A stretch of 36,400 nucleotides of DNA from a virus: IMG/VR virus record IMGVR_UViG_3300045988_172432, positions 1 to 36,400 of that record; one strand, 5' to 3'. Below the pieces are notes generated by a model. The model was not told the DNA's origin and did not search any database. It saw only the letters and a list, made by a program, of their open reading frames with translations. A program made the translations under genes and the position numbers. This document shows, one piece after another, positions 25,411 to 32,542 of the stretch; the stretch's first letter is position 1, and each line of letters starts with the position of its first letter.

Positions 25411-25674
25411 GTAATTTTGTATCAGCGTAATTTTGTATCGTAACTCTCTGATTTTCAAGTGATACATTTTTCTTCTTTGGCTGATACATTTTTGTGTCGG
25501 GCAAAATGAAATTGTATCAGGGGGGCGGGGGCTGATACAAAATGGGGGGGTGATACATTTCGGAAAAAAATTGTATCAGAATTGTATCGGGTTTTGTATC
25601 GCCTTTTTTCCTTACTTATTTTATTGATATTCAATACTTTTCTTTGCTTGATACAAAGTGTGATACAAAATTAC
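25411..25674. repeat. Array of 12 TGTATC-core heptamers (6 TTGTATC, 6 GATACAA/GATACAT) bracketed by inverted GTAATTTTGTATCA 14-mers
   Basis: Forward copies at 25417, 25433, 25512, 25571, 25582, 25594. Reverse copies at 25461, 25483, 25534, 25552, 25650, 25662. 14-mers at 25411, 25427 and (inverted) 25661. Confidence 0.85.
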
Positions 25675-25774
25675 AAAAAAAAGTACTATTTTATGGGGTG
25701 TGGTAAAACCTTTCTGCCCGCTCAGTGGTTCGGGATTGGTCTATTTCACTGATTAGGGGCGGCATGCGGGCACG

Positions 25775-25807
25775 AAAAAGCCCGGCACGTGGGGTGACGT
25801 GCCGGGC
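25775..25807 (-). terminator. Rho-independent terminator ending the accessory cassette
   Basis: Perfect 11-bp stem GCCCGGCACGT/ACGTGCCGGGC (25780-25790 / 25797-25807). A5 on plus gives U5 on minus. Confidence 0.75.
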
Positions 25808-25831
25808 GGTGTGAAATGGAATGTGAGGGAA

Positions 25832-26245
25832 CTAAAGCAACTTTGTGCTGATGAGGTCGGAGCCCAACTTGTGCAGCCCGTCCTCGATTTTTTGCAGTTG
25901 GGTGTCTGATATGTAGGTGCCTCCCTTTTTGTATTGGCGCATGAGTGTTTCGTTAATGCCTAAGTATCGTGCGAAGGCGCTCACGTTGAGCATGTTGTAG
26001 TAGTCGAAGAGGGTTGACACGTCAAACTTGTACACGGGTTCGGCCTTGAGTATGGGGGCTGCTTTGCCGTTGCGCTGTTCTTCGTTGGCTCTTGCTTCGG
26101 CCATGGAGTTGGCGAAGTCGGCTTTTGCCTCTTTTACCGTGTGGCCGCGCCCTATGAGTGTGTATGGGCTGTTGTCGGTGTTGTAGGCTAAGAAGGTGCC
26201 GTCGGTGTCCTTTTCGATTGTTACTGTAAAGTGTGCTTTTTCCAT
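25832..26245 (-). CDS. HicB-like N-terminal domain fused to a C-terminal HTH-like module (137 aa)
   Basis: FTVTIEKDTDGTFLAYNTDNSPYTLIGRGHTVKEAKADFANSMAEA has the HicB-like fold pattern. The C-terminus ARYLGINETLMRQYKKGGTYISDTQLQKIEDGLHKLGSDL is shared with two other proteins here. Confidence 0.6.
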   Translation of the reverse strand: MEKAHFTVTIEKDTDGTFLAYNTDNSPYTLIGRGHTVKEAKADFANSMAEARANEEQRNGKAAPILKAEPVYKFDVSTLFDYYNMLNVSAFARYLGINETLMRQYKKGGTYISDTQLQKIEDGLHKLGSDLISTKLL

Positions 26246-26316
26246 TTGTTTGTACCTTTCTTTTGTAATGTGGCAGGCAGGGGAGGGTGGGGGGCGGTAG
26301 TGGGTGCTGGTGGGGG

Positions 26317-26724
26317 TCAGAACTTTGTTTGCTGCAAGTTCCGCCCTATGTTGTGAATGATGTTGAGCAGTTGGGCCTTGCGCTCGGCTGAGGGGTTCTT
26401 GGTGCCTTTGACGTATTGTGCCAGCAGGCTTTGGCTTATGCCGGCCTTGCGTGCTACGGCTGATGCGTTGATTTCATCGTGCATGAGGAAGAAGCGTGAG
26501 AGGCTTGTGGGCTCGGGGTTGTCGTACTCAAAGCTGTCGAAGCTCATGTCCTCGTCGAGGTTGTCCCACCTTATGCCAAATGCGTTGATGGTGTATTGGT
26601 TGCGCTGCTCGGGTGTGGCGTGGTAGAGCCTTGGGTAGTATAGCAGAGACTGCCGCAGCTCGCGGCCGTCGTCGGTGGTGCCGATGATGTGGGCGGTGTC
26701 GAATTTTATTTTAACTATTTTCAT
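26317..26724 (-). CDS. DUF2442-like domain fused to a C-terminal HTH-like module (135 aa)
   Basis: YPRLYHATPEQRNQYTINAFGIRWDNLDEDMSFDSF resembles DUF2442. The C-terminus is ARKAGISQSLLAQYVKGTKNPSAERKAQLLNIIHNIGRNL. Confidence 0.6.
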   Translation of the reverse strand: MKIVKIKFDTAHIIGTTDDGRELRQSLLYYPRLYHATPEQRNQYTINAFGIRWDNLDEDMSFDSFEYDNPEPTSLSRFFLMHDEINASAVARKAGISQSLLAQYVKGTKNPSAERKAQLLNIIHNIGRNLQQTKF

Positions 26725-26759
26725 GGCTCGGTGTGTGTTGGTTTTATGTATGTGTGTGG

Positions 26760-27005
26760 TTAATCGTCAATGCGGCCGTGTATCTTTACCCAGTTGCTTA
26801 TGACGAGGTCTTTGTTCTCTTCGAGTATGGCTTCGGCCAGTCGTATGTCCTTGTTCTTCATTCCGCAGTTTTTTTCGAGTTCGATGGTGGCTCCCACTAT
26901 GAACTTTGCTTCGCCGTCGGCGTTGCGCACGTGTACATGGGGTGGTTGGTGGTCGCGGGTGTAGATGCTGAATATGAGGCCGAAGAGTCTGAGTATTTCT
27001 GGCAT
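26760..27005 (-). CDS. DUF4160 family protein (81 aa)
   Basis: MPEILRLFGLIFSIYTRDHQPPHVHVRNADGEAKF is the characteristic DUF4160 N-terminus (H-x-P-P-H-x-H). Confidence 0.75.
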   Translation of the reverse strand: MPEILRLFGLIFSIYTRDHQPPHVHVRNADGEAKFIVGATIELEKNCGMKNKDIRLAEAILEENKDLVISNWVKIHGRIDD

Positions 27006-27052
27006 GGTGTGTGGTGTTATGTGTATATGTGTGTGTTTGTTTTGCTATGTGG

Positions 27053-27084
27053 CAAAGGTAGGGTTATTTTTTTATTACCGCAAG
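27053..27084 (-). promoter_or_regulatory. Candidate Bacteroides-type promoter for the DUF4160 cassette
   Basis: Minus strand CTTG, N20, TACCTTTG (plus 27053-27060 and 27081-27084). An A/C-rich ~40-nt leader runs to ATG 27005. Confidence 0.45.
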
Positions 27085-27105
27085 TGTTTGAGGTGTGGTT
27101 TTTTG

Positions 27106-27474
27106 TCAGTCGTTGTGGTGTCCGTACATGCGGCGTGTGGCTTGGCTGATGGTGGCTGTGGGTCGGTAGTGTGTGCTGGGTGGTGTGGTGTGTGGGTGTG
27201 GTGTGCGGTGTCGGCGTATGGTTATGCGGTCGTCCATGAGGTCGTAGTGTAGCCAGTGGTCGGCGGTGAGCAGGAATAGGGCGGCGGTGCGCACGCACCA
27301 TTCGAGCTTTGGCGAGCCTTGGTAGCGACGGAATGTGACGCTGCGGCCGGGGTGCATTGTTTCGAGGTAGTCGTACACTTGGCGGGCGAAGGTGCGGAAT
27401 GTTTCGCCGCCCTCGCGGTAGAGGCGGCTGAAGCCTTGGGGGGTGAGCCATTCGTCGGGGATTGTGGTGGCCAT
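27106..27474 (-). CDS. Hypothetical early protein (122 aa)
   Basis: ATG 27472-27474 directly follows PME Q. No motif recognised. Confidence 0.55.
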   Translation of the reverse strand: MATTIPDEWLTPQGFSRLYREGGETFRTFARQVYDYLETMHPGRSVTFRRYQGSPKLEWCVRTAALFLLTADHWLHYDLMDDRITIRRHRTPHPHTTPPSTHYRPTATISQATRRMYGHHND

Positions 27475-27478
27475 GGTG

Positions 27479-27617
27479 TTTAAGTTTATAAGTTTAAGAG
27501 TTGAAAAGTTTAGAGGAATGTCAAGTTGAGAAGTTGAAGAGTTAAGAGGCTACCTCTGCTTACCAAACTCTTAAAAGCGACCTCTTAACTTCTCAACTTT
27601 TCAACTCCTCAACTTTT
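27479..27617. repeat. PME copy Q, core in inverted orientation relative to all other copies
   Basis: GTTAAGAGGCTACCTCTGCTTACCAAACTCTTAAAAGCGACCTCTTAAC (27541-27589) is the reverse complement of the usual core arrangement. Confidence 0.9.
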
Positions 27618-27621
27618 CGCC

Positions 27622-27873
27622 TTACCAATATACGCTCATGTGGTCAATTTCAAAGAGTGTGCAGTCGCGGAACTCGCGAATGAGTGCCGACTGCGGGAGC
27701 CTGATGCGGTGTGTGCCGCGTCGCTTGTGTCCGCCTATGCAGCGTGCGCCCTCGTAGGTGAGTATGTCGCCTGTTGAGAGTTTCCACACGCGCAGGCGGT
27801 GCGGTTCCCCGTCTTCGAGCAGGCGCAGGGCGTCGTGCTGGCTGATGCTGGAGTGTAGTTTGGGTGTGTTCAT
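27622..27873 (-). CDS. Hypothetical early protein (83 aa)
   Basis: ORF coupled by a 4-nt overlap to the upstream membrane-protein gene. Confidence 0.55.
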   Translation of the reverse strand: MNTPKLHSSISQHDALRLLEDGEPHRLRVWKLSTGDILTYEGARCIGGHKRRGTHRIRLPQSALIREFRDCTLFEIDHMSVYW

Positions 27874-28175
27874 TGGCGTGGGTTTTTGAGGTTTCGTGCT
27901 ATTTCGGCTTCTATTACTTGCTGGTTGTGGTGTGTGGCGGCTTCGTAGCGGCGGCCGTCGCCGAAGCCTTCTTCCTTTCCGGCTTTGTGTCCGTCGTCGT
28001 AGCCCCTGGTGTAGCCTTCGTCGTAGGCTGCGAGGCGGGTGTTGCTTGTGACTTGGCGCAGCTGGTCGTCGGCTGTGGCCTGTGTGCGGCGGCAGCCGTA
28101 GTGGTAGGCTGCGGCGGTGGCGATGATGAGGGCCAGAAGGCCGAGGGGCAGGAGGGTGATGGTGAGTAGTGTCAT
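27870..28175 (-). CDS. Small membrane-anchored protein (101 aa)
   Basis: N-terminal hydrophobic helix LLTITLLPLGLLALIIATAAA. ATG 28173-28175. Confidence 0.55.
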   Translation of the reverse strand: MTLLTITLLPLGLLALIIATAAAYHYGCRRTQATADDQLRQVTSNTRLAAYDEGYTRGYDDGHKAGKEEGFGDGRRYEAATHHNQQVIEAEIARNLKNPRQ

Positions 28176-28180
28176 GGGGA

Positions 28181-28304
28181 GAAGTTTTTTTAGTTTATAA
28201 GTTTGAGAGTAAAGTTGAAGAGTTGAAGAGTTAAGAGGTCGGCTTAAGTGGCTGAACTCGCTGAGGTAACCTCATAAGCTTCCCAACTTATAAACTTTTC
28301 AACT
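28181..28304. repeat. PME copy R
   Basis: GTTAAGAGGTCGGCTTAAGTGGCTGAACTCGCTGAGGTAACCTCATAAGC with arms. It abuts the iteron array. Confidence 0.85.
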
Positions 28305-28459
28305 TTACGACATAGGCGACGCGTTTTTTCTCTCCGCCTATACAGTTTTTTCTCTCAGTCGATATCGTTTTTACTACATAGGGGGATAGTTTTAACGACA
28401 TAGGGGGATAGTTTTTTCTATCGCCCTATATCGTTTTTTCTCTCCCCCTATGTCGTAAA
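28304..28459. repeat. Iteron array (about 7 units, exact 22-bp phasing); candidate replication origin
   Basis: T-tracts start at 28324, 28346, 28368, 28390, 28412 and 28434. Units resemble CATAGGGGGATAGTTTTTTCT. Bounded by the inverted repeats CTTTACGACATAGG / CCTATGTCGTAAAG. Confidence 0.6.
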
Positions 28460-28623
28460 GTTGGAAAGTTTAAGAGTTGAGGGGGGAGTTGAAAAGTTGA
28501 AGAGTTAAGAGGGCGGTTTTTAGAGTTGATAAGTTGAAAAGTTTAAGAGTTAAGAGGTCGGTTTAAGTGGTTGAACTCGTAGAGGCAACCTCTTAACTTT
28601 TCAACTTATAAACTTTTCAACTT
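28458..28623. repeat. PME copy S
   Basis: GTTAAGAGGGCGGTTTTTAGAGTT, then GTTAAGAGGTCGGTTTAAGTGGTTGAACTCGTAGAGGCAACCTCTTAAC. It lies between the iterons and the primase-helicase stop. Confidence 0.9.
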
Positions 28624-28628
28624 CACAC

Positions 28629-31541
28629 TCAGCTTCCCCATTCCTCGTCCGGCACAAATCCCGCCTCGGGGTCGAGGTGCGCCCCCGTGTCGAGTTGTTC
28701 GCGGTTCGCCTGGCTCTTGGTGGAGCGCAGGTATATCATGTCCTCGCTCTTGCCGTCGATGCGGCGCGATATGCGGCCCTGCGAGTTGAGCAAGTCGGCG
28801 GGGTTGTAGTCGTACACGTAGGGGCAGAGGGCGGCAAAGGAGCGCAGCGCCTTGGTAAACTTGTTCATGGTGTAAAAGTTCTTGTTCACCTTTGCCTCGT
28901 CAATAAAGGCATCGTAGGCCTCGCGGCGCACGATGAAGGTGTCGAGGTTGTCGCCCTCCTCGGCAAAGTACACGTTGGCCCATTCTTCGAAGTTGGTGCC
29001 CATGTCGGCCTTGAACTTGCGCTTCAAGATGTTGCCCATGGGCGGCATGGGCTTGACGCTCTCCTGACACATCGACAGGTAGAACTGGCAGCACTGCATA
29101 AAGAAGTTGATGTCGGCGTTCCAATTCTCCTCCTTGTATGAGGAGCTTATGAGGTCGCGCCCGAAGTCGTCGCGAATGCTGCGGCTCTCAAGGTAGTCGT
29201 TGCCCTCGGTGCGCTGGTGGTAGTAGTCGCTGAACACGAGGTAAAGCAGGCGCGCCTCGGTGCTGGGGCTGAAGTCGCGCGGCACATAGTTGGTTGTAAA
29301 GCCAAACTTGGGGCTTTGTTCAAAGGGTATGGTGTAGCTCTGGTTGTTCTTGGGGTTGACCGTCATGTCCGAGGTGATGAGGTCATAAAAGGCCCCCGTA
29401 TCAAGGTGGCGGTCGCAGTCGTCAACGAGCACAAAGTCGGTGTGCTGCGTCACTTGGTCGAACACGTGCGGGTTGTCCATCAGCTTGGCGTTGCGCCCGC
29501 TCAGCTTCACCGTTTTCATGAAGAGGCTGAGGGCCTTGAACAGGAACGACTTGCCGCTTCGGCCGTTGCACTCGCCGTCCTCGCCTATCTTGTTGTCCAT
29601 GGCCATGGGTGCCCACGCCCTCGAGGGGCTTTTGTAGCGGTGCAGCATGTAGCCTATGGCAAAGAGCTTCGACACAAGGTTCTGCTCCTGCTCATGCTGC
29701 TCGTCGGGCGTGAGGCCCTCGCCGTCGATGCAGAACTTGTGGGCGCGGTGGTAGGCTTCGGCCTCCGAGGCATCGCGCTCGGCAAAGTTGTACTCCAGCT
29801 CCTTGCGCCAGTGCACGCGGCTCGTGTTGATTACGTAGCCAAACAGGGGGCTGCTCTCGGCGTCCTTCACCTTCACCCCGAAGCGCGCCTCGCCCGTGGG
29901 TGTCACGCTGCGCTCCACCTCAAACATGGGGGGCATGAGTGTGACGCGGTGGTCCAGCACATTCTCCTGCCACACATAGCGGTCGAGCCCGTCGCCCCCG
30001 GCGTGCTCCACAAGGCCCGTGGGGGTGGCCTCAATCGTCTTGCCGGGGAAAAAGAATAGCTGCGTGGTGGGCGTGTAGTTGGTAAAGTCGAGCGTCACCT
30101 CGCGCATGTTGTCGAGTGCCGAGTCGCTCAGACGGGGCGAGTTGTGTATGAGGTTGCGCACAGGCCGCGGCAGGCACCGCTCCTCGGCCCACTCGCTTAT
30201 GAAGCGGCGCAGGTCCTTGGCCTTCACCTCGCGCACAATGTTGCCCTGCACGTGTATGTAGCGCGCCTCCTTTATGTTGTCGTCGTGCAGGGTGTAAAAG
30301 CCGTTCAGCCGCAGGAAGTTGTACAGGCATTCCGTGTCGATGTCATACGTCACGGCCCCCGTCTTGCGGTTGGTGCGCTCCGTCCAGAACTTGGCCGGCA
30401 TGGCCAGCGCCATCAAGCCCGCAAAGTCGCTCCGCCTGTCGCGCAGCTCCTGCCAGTCGCGCAGGTCCTTGCGCGGGCGGCCGCGGTTGTCGCGGTACTG
30501 CGTGAGCGTCTGCGGCAGCCATATGGTGTGAATGTCTATGAAGCGCAGGGCCAGCTCGCGCCCCTTGCGCTCGCCCGTGCTGTCGAGGTCGGGAATGTTG
30601 TAGAGCACCTCCACATACTTCATCACCTCCTTGTACTCTGCCTCGCTCAGGCGGTACGTCTCGCTGTTGAACCACAGCGGGCTGTAGCCCATGGAGTGGC
30701 AGCACAGCGAGTCGCGCTCGCCCGAGCATATGAAGGCCTCCTTTAGCTTTTGCTCCCGGTAGGGCTTGTCCTCGTTGGCAGGGTCGCGGTAAAAGGCTGC
30801 CTCCTCCTCGGCGTTCATCTTGCGCCACAGGGCTTTCAGCTCGTGCAGCCCGTTGATGTAGGCCTTGGGCTTGCCACCCGCGGGGTGGTAGCTGAAGCGG
30901 AAGCCCTTGTCGGGGTTGAGCGGCTCATATATTTTGTAAAACTTTACTTCGGCCTTTTCGCCGCCGCCCTCCTCCACCACGCACTCGCGCATGAATATGG
31001 GGTAGTTCTCGGTGGAGTACTTGAGCGTCACCTCGCGGTTCTTAACATAGCCCACATACTCCGCCTCGTACCAGTGCAACGCGTCGGTGTCGGCGTGCGT
31101 CACCCGCGGGCCAAGCACCTTGAGGTGGGCCTCGGGTATGCGCTCGAGCAGGGCAAAGATGCGTGTGCCGTCCTTCTCGTCGGCCGTGGCGGGGCGGTGC
31201 TTGATGTCGGGCTTGTTCACGGTGCGGTTCAGCTCGTCACGCACGTCGAACATGGCGGCCAGCTTGAGCACTGCCTCGTAGGGGCGGTCAATGCCCTCCT
31301 CCTTCATGCAGATGTCGAGCGGGCTTTGGGCGTGGCCCTCGTCGCCGAAGTCGGTCACCTTCCACACGCCCTCGCCCCCCTGTGTGTGGCACAGGTAGAG
31401 GCAGGCCGAGGGCGTTTTGTCGGAGGGGCGCACCCTGAACTTGTTTTTGGTGCCCACCACCTCGCGGGCCTGCGGGTAGTAGTGCAGTATGATATCGAGC
31501 CCCTCGTTGGTGGCACGATATAGGTTTTCTATTCTTATCAT
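28629..31541 (-). CDS. Bifunctional DNA primase-helicase (Toprim-like region plus D5/P4-type SF3 NTPase, 970 aa)
   Basis: Toprim-like FICSGERDSLC and IPDLDSTGERKG. Walker A NGRSGKSFLFKAL. Walker B FVLVDDCD. Confidence 0.8.
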   Translation of the reverse strand: MIRIENLYRATNEGLDIILHYYPQAREVVGTKNKFRVRPSDKTPSACLYLCHTQGGEGVWKVTDFGDEGHAQSPLDICMKEEGIDRPYEAVLKLAAMFDVRDELNRTVNKPDIKHRPATADEKDGTRIFALLERIPEAHLKVLGPRVTHADTDALHWYEAEYVGYVKNREVTLKYSTENYPIFMRECVVEEGGGEKAEVKFYKIYEPLNPDKGFRFSYHPAGGKPKAYINGLHELKALWRKMNAEEEAAFYRDPANEDKPYREQKLKEAFICSGERDSLCCHSMGYSPLWFNSETYRLSEAEYKEVMKYVEVLYNIPDLDSTGERKGRELALRFIDIHTIWLPQTLTQYRDNRGRPRKDLRDWQELRDRRSDFAGLMALAMPAKFWTERTNRKTGAVTYDIDTECLYNFLRLNGFYTLHDDNIKEARYIHVQGNIVREVKAKDLRRFISEWAEERCLPRPVRNLIHNSPRLSDSALDNMREVTLDFTNYTPTTQLFFFPGKTIEATPTGLVEHAGGDGLDRYVWQENVLDHRVTLMPPMFEVERSVTPTGEARFGVKVKDAESSPLFGYVINTSRVHWRKELEYNFAERDASEAEAYHRAHKFCIDGEGLTPDEQHEQEQNLVSKLFAIGYMLHRYKSPSRAWAPMAMDNKIGEDGECNGRSGKSFLFKALSLFMKTVKLSGRNAKLMDNPHVFDQVTQHTDFVLVDDCDRHLDTGAFYDLITSDMTVNPKNNQSYTIPFEQSPKFGFTTNYVPRDFSPSTEARLLYLVFSDYYHQRTEGNDYLESRSIRDDFGRDLISSSYKEENWNADINFFMQCCQFYLSMCQESVKPMPPMGNILKRKFKADMGTNFEEWANVYFAEEGDNLDTFIVRREAYDAFIDEAKVNKNFYTMNKFTKALRSFAALCPYVYDYNPADLLNSQGRISRRIDGKSEDMIYLRSTKSQANREQLDTGAHLDPEAGFVPDEEWGS

Positions 31542-31544
31542 AGG

Positions 31545-31680
31545 GTTTGGAGTTAGAGTCGGAGTTTGGAGTTTTTCAAGTTGAAAAGTTGAAGAGTTGA
31601 AAAGTTAAGCGGTCGCTTTTAAGAGTTCGAACTCGCAGAGGTAACCTCTTAACTTTTCAACTCATAAACTCATCAACTTG
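31545..31680. repeat. PME copy T
   Basis: GTTAAGCGGTCGCTTTTAAGAGTTCGAACTCGCAGAGGTAACCTCTTAAC with arms. Confidence 0.9.
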
Positions 31681-31701
31681 AACCCAACCTTAAAAGCTTC
31701 G

Positions 31702-31809
31702 TGCAGGCGGCGGGAGTCGAACCCGCTAATGTTCCTATCTTTACAACACACTGGCAGTGCATCTAACATTTACACATGCCGCCTATCCGTTTAGCGGCCT
31801 ATCGCCTGC
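31702..31809 (-). ncRNA. tRNA-like structured RNA (108 nt), not a canonical tRNA
   Basis: Perfect T arm GCGGG-TTCGACT-CCCGC. 7-bp acceptor pairing GCAGGCG (31809-31803) / CGCCTGC (31709-31703). D-like hairpin GCCGC-N11-GCGGC. The third arm is AATGTT-N31-AACATT instead of a 5-bp/7-nt anticodon arm. Confidence 0.35.
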
Positions 31810-31851
31810 GGGGTGGCTGCCGCTATCCGTCGCGGACCGCAGCAGCCTGAT

Positions 31852-31918
31852 GATGGCCGGGGGCACTGCAAAAACCAAAACAAAGCGAGGAATATACACG
31901 TCAAGCCCCCCGGCCATC
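31852..31918. repeat. 12-bp perfect inverted repeat GATGGCCGGGGG / CCCCCGGCCATC with a 43-nt spacer
   Basis: Read directly. It lies between the 103-aa gene and the tRNA-like RNA. Confidence 0.8.
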
Positions 31919-31978
31919 GTGTGTGATTTCTAACTCCTATCTATATATCGCGTGTGTGCGGGGTGACGGGTTAACCAT

Positions 31979-32290
31979 TCACCCGTCAACTATCGTGTCG
32001 GCATACACCGCCTCGATGCGCTTCAACACCCCGGACGCAGGCATGCCCTCTGGTATGGGGCCTTTAATGATGCAGCCACCGCGGCCGTCCTTGGTTATTA
32101 CCTCAAAGGGCAGAGCGCGGTCGAGCGCATCGACAAACTCGCGCTGCTCAAGCGGCACAAAGTTGGCCTCCAGCGTCCACGCCCCGCCGCCCTTGGCGAA
32201 CGACACCGACACCTCGGCAGAGCTCTCGTCCGTCGTCAGCCGGTACTTGGGTCTTATTCTAAATCCCTGTTCCAAATTCACGCTTTTCAT
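31979..32290 (-). CDS. Hypothetical early protein (103 aa)
   Basis: ORF with compatible codon composition in the early minus-strand operon. Confidence 0.5.
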   Translation of the reverse strand: MKSVNLEQGFRIRPKYRLTTDESSAEVSVSFAKGGGAWTLEANFVPLEQREFVDALDRALPFEVITKDGRGGCIIKGPIPEGMPASGVLKRIEAVYADTIVDG

Positions 32291-32326
32291 ATTGTTGCTT
32301 TTTTTGTATGATTAGTTGAATATTCC

Positions 32327-32542
32327 TCATTTGTAGTGCTCCACATAGTAGTGCACCAGGTCGGCGTCAGAGTATTCGGGGAAACGCTCGCTCTGCGCAT
32401 AGTACGTGCCGTTGTTTTTCATTTCCACCACAGTGGAGTCTACAAAGTCGCTCTTGCCAGCCCAGGCAAAGGCTGCAAACAGTGCCGCGCCCGCCAAGGC
32501 ACACTTCGTAAGGGTCATGAGTCGTATAACAGTCTTTTTCAT
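32327..32542 (-). CDS. Small secreted or membrane-anchored protein (71 aa)
   Basis: N-terminal signal/anchor MKKTVIRLMTLTKCALAGAALFAAFAWA. Confidence 0.5.
   Translation of the reverse strand: MKKTVIRLMTLTKCALAGAALFAAFAWAGKSDFVDSTVVEMKNNGTYYAQSERFPEYSDADLVHYYVEHYK

Noticed and set aside
25411-25440. Treating the two plus-strand TAATTTTG boxes as functional rightward promoters
   Set aside because: There is no convincing -33 element and no plus-strand gene downstream. They are more simply read as part of the TGTATC repeat array, although an antisense RNA cannot be excluded.
31702-31809. Interpreting the tRNA-like RNA as a tmRNA or a standard long-variable-arm tRNA
   Set aside because: At 108 nt it is far shorter than a tmRNA and has no plausible tag ORF. 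It has no 5-bp/7-nt anticodon arm, so it fits neither a standard tRNA nor a bacterial intron-containing one. It is kept only as an unclassified structured RNA.
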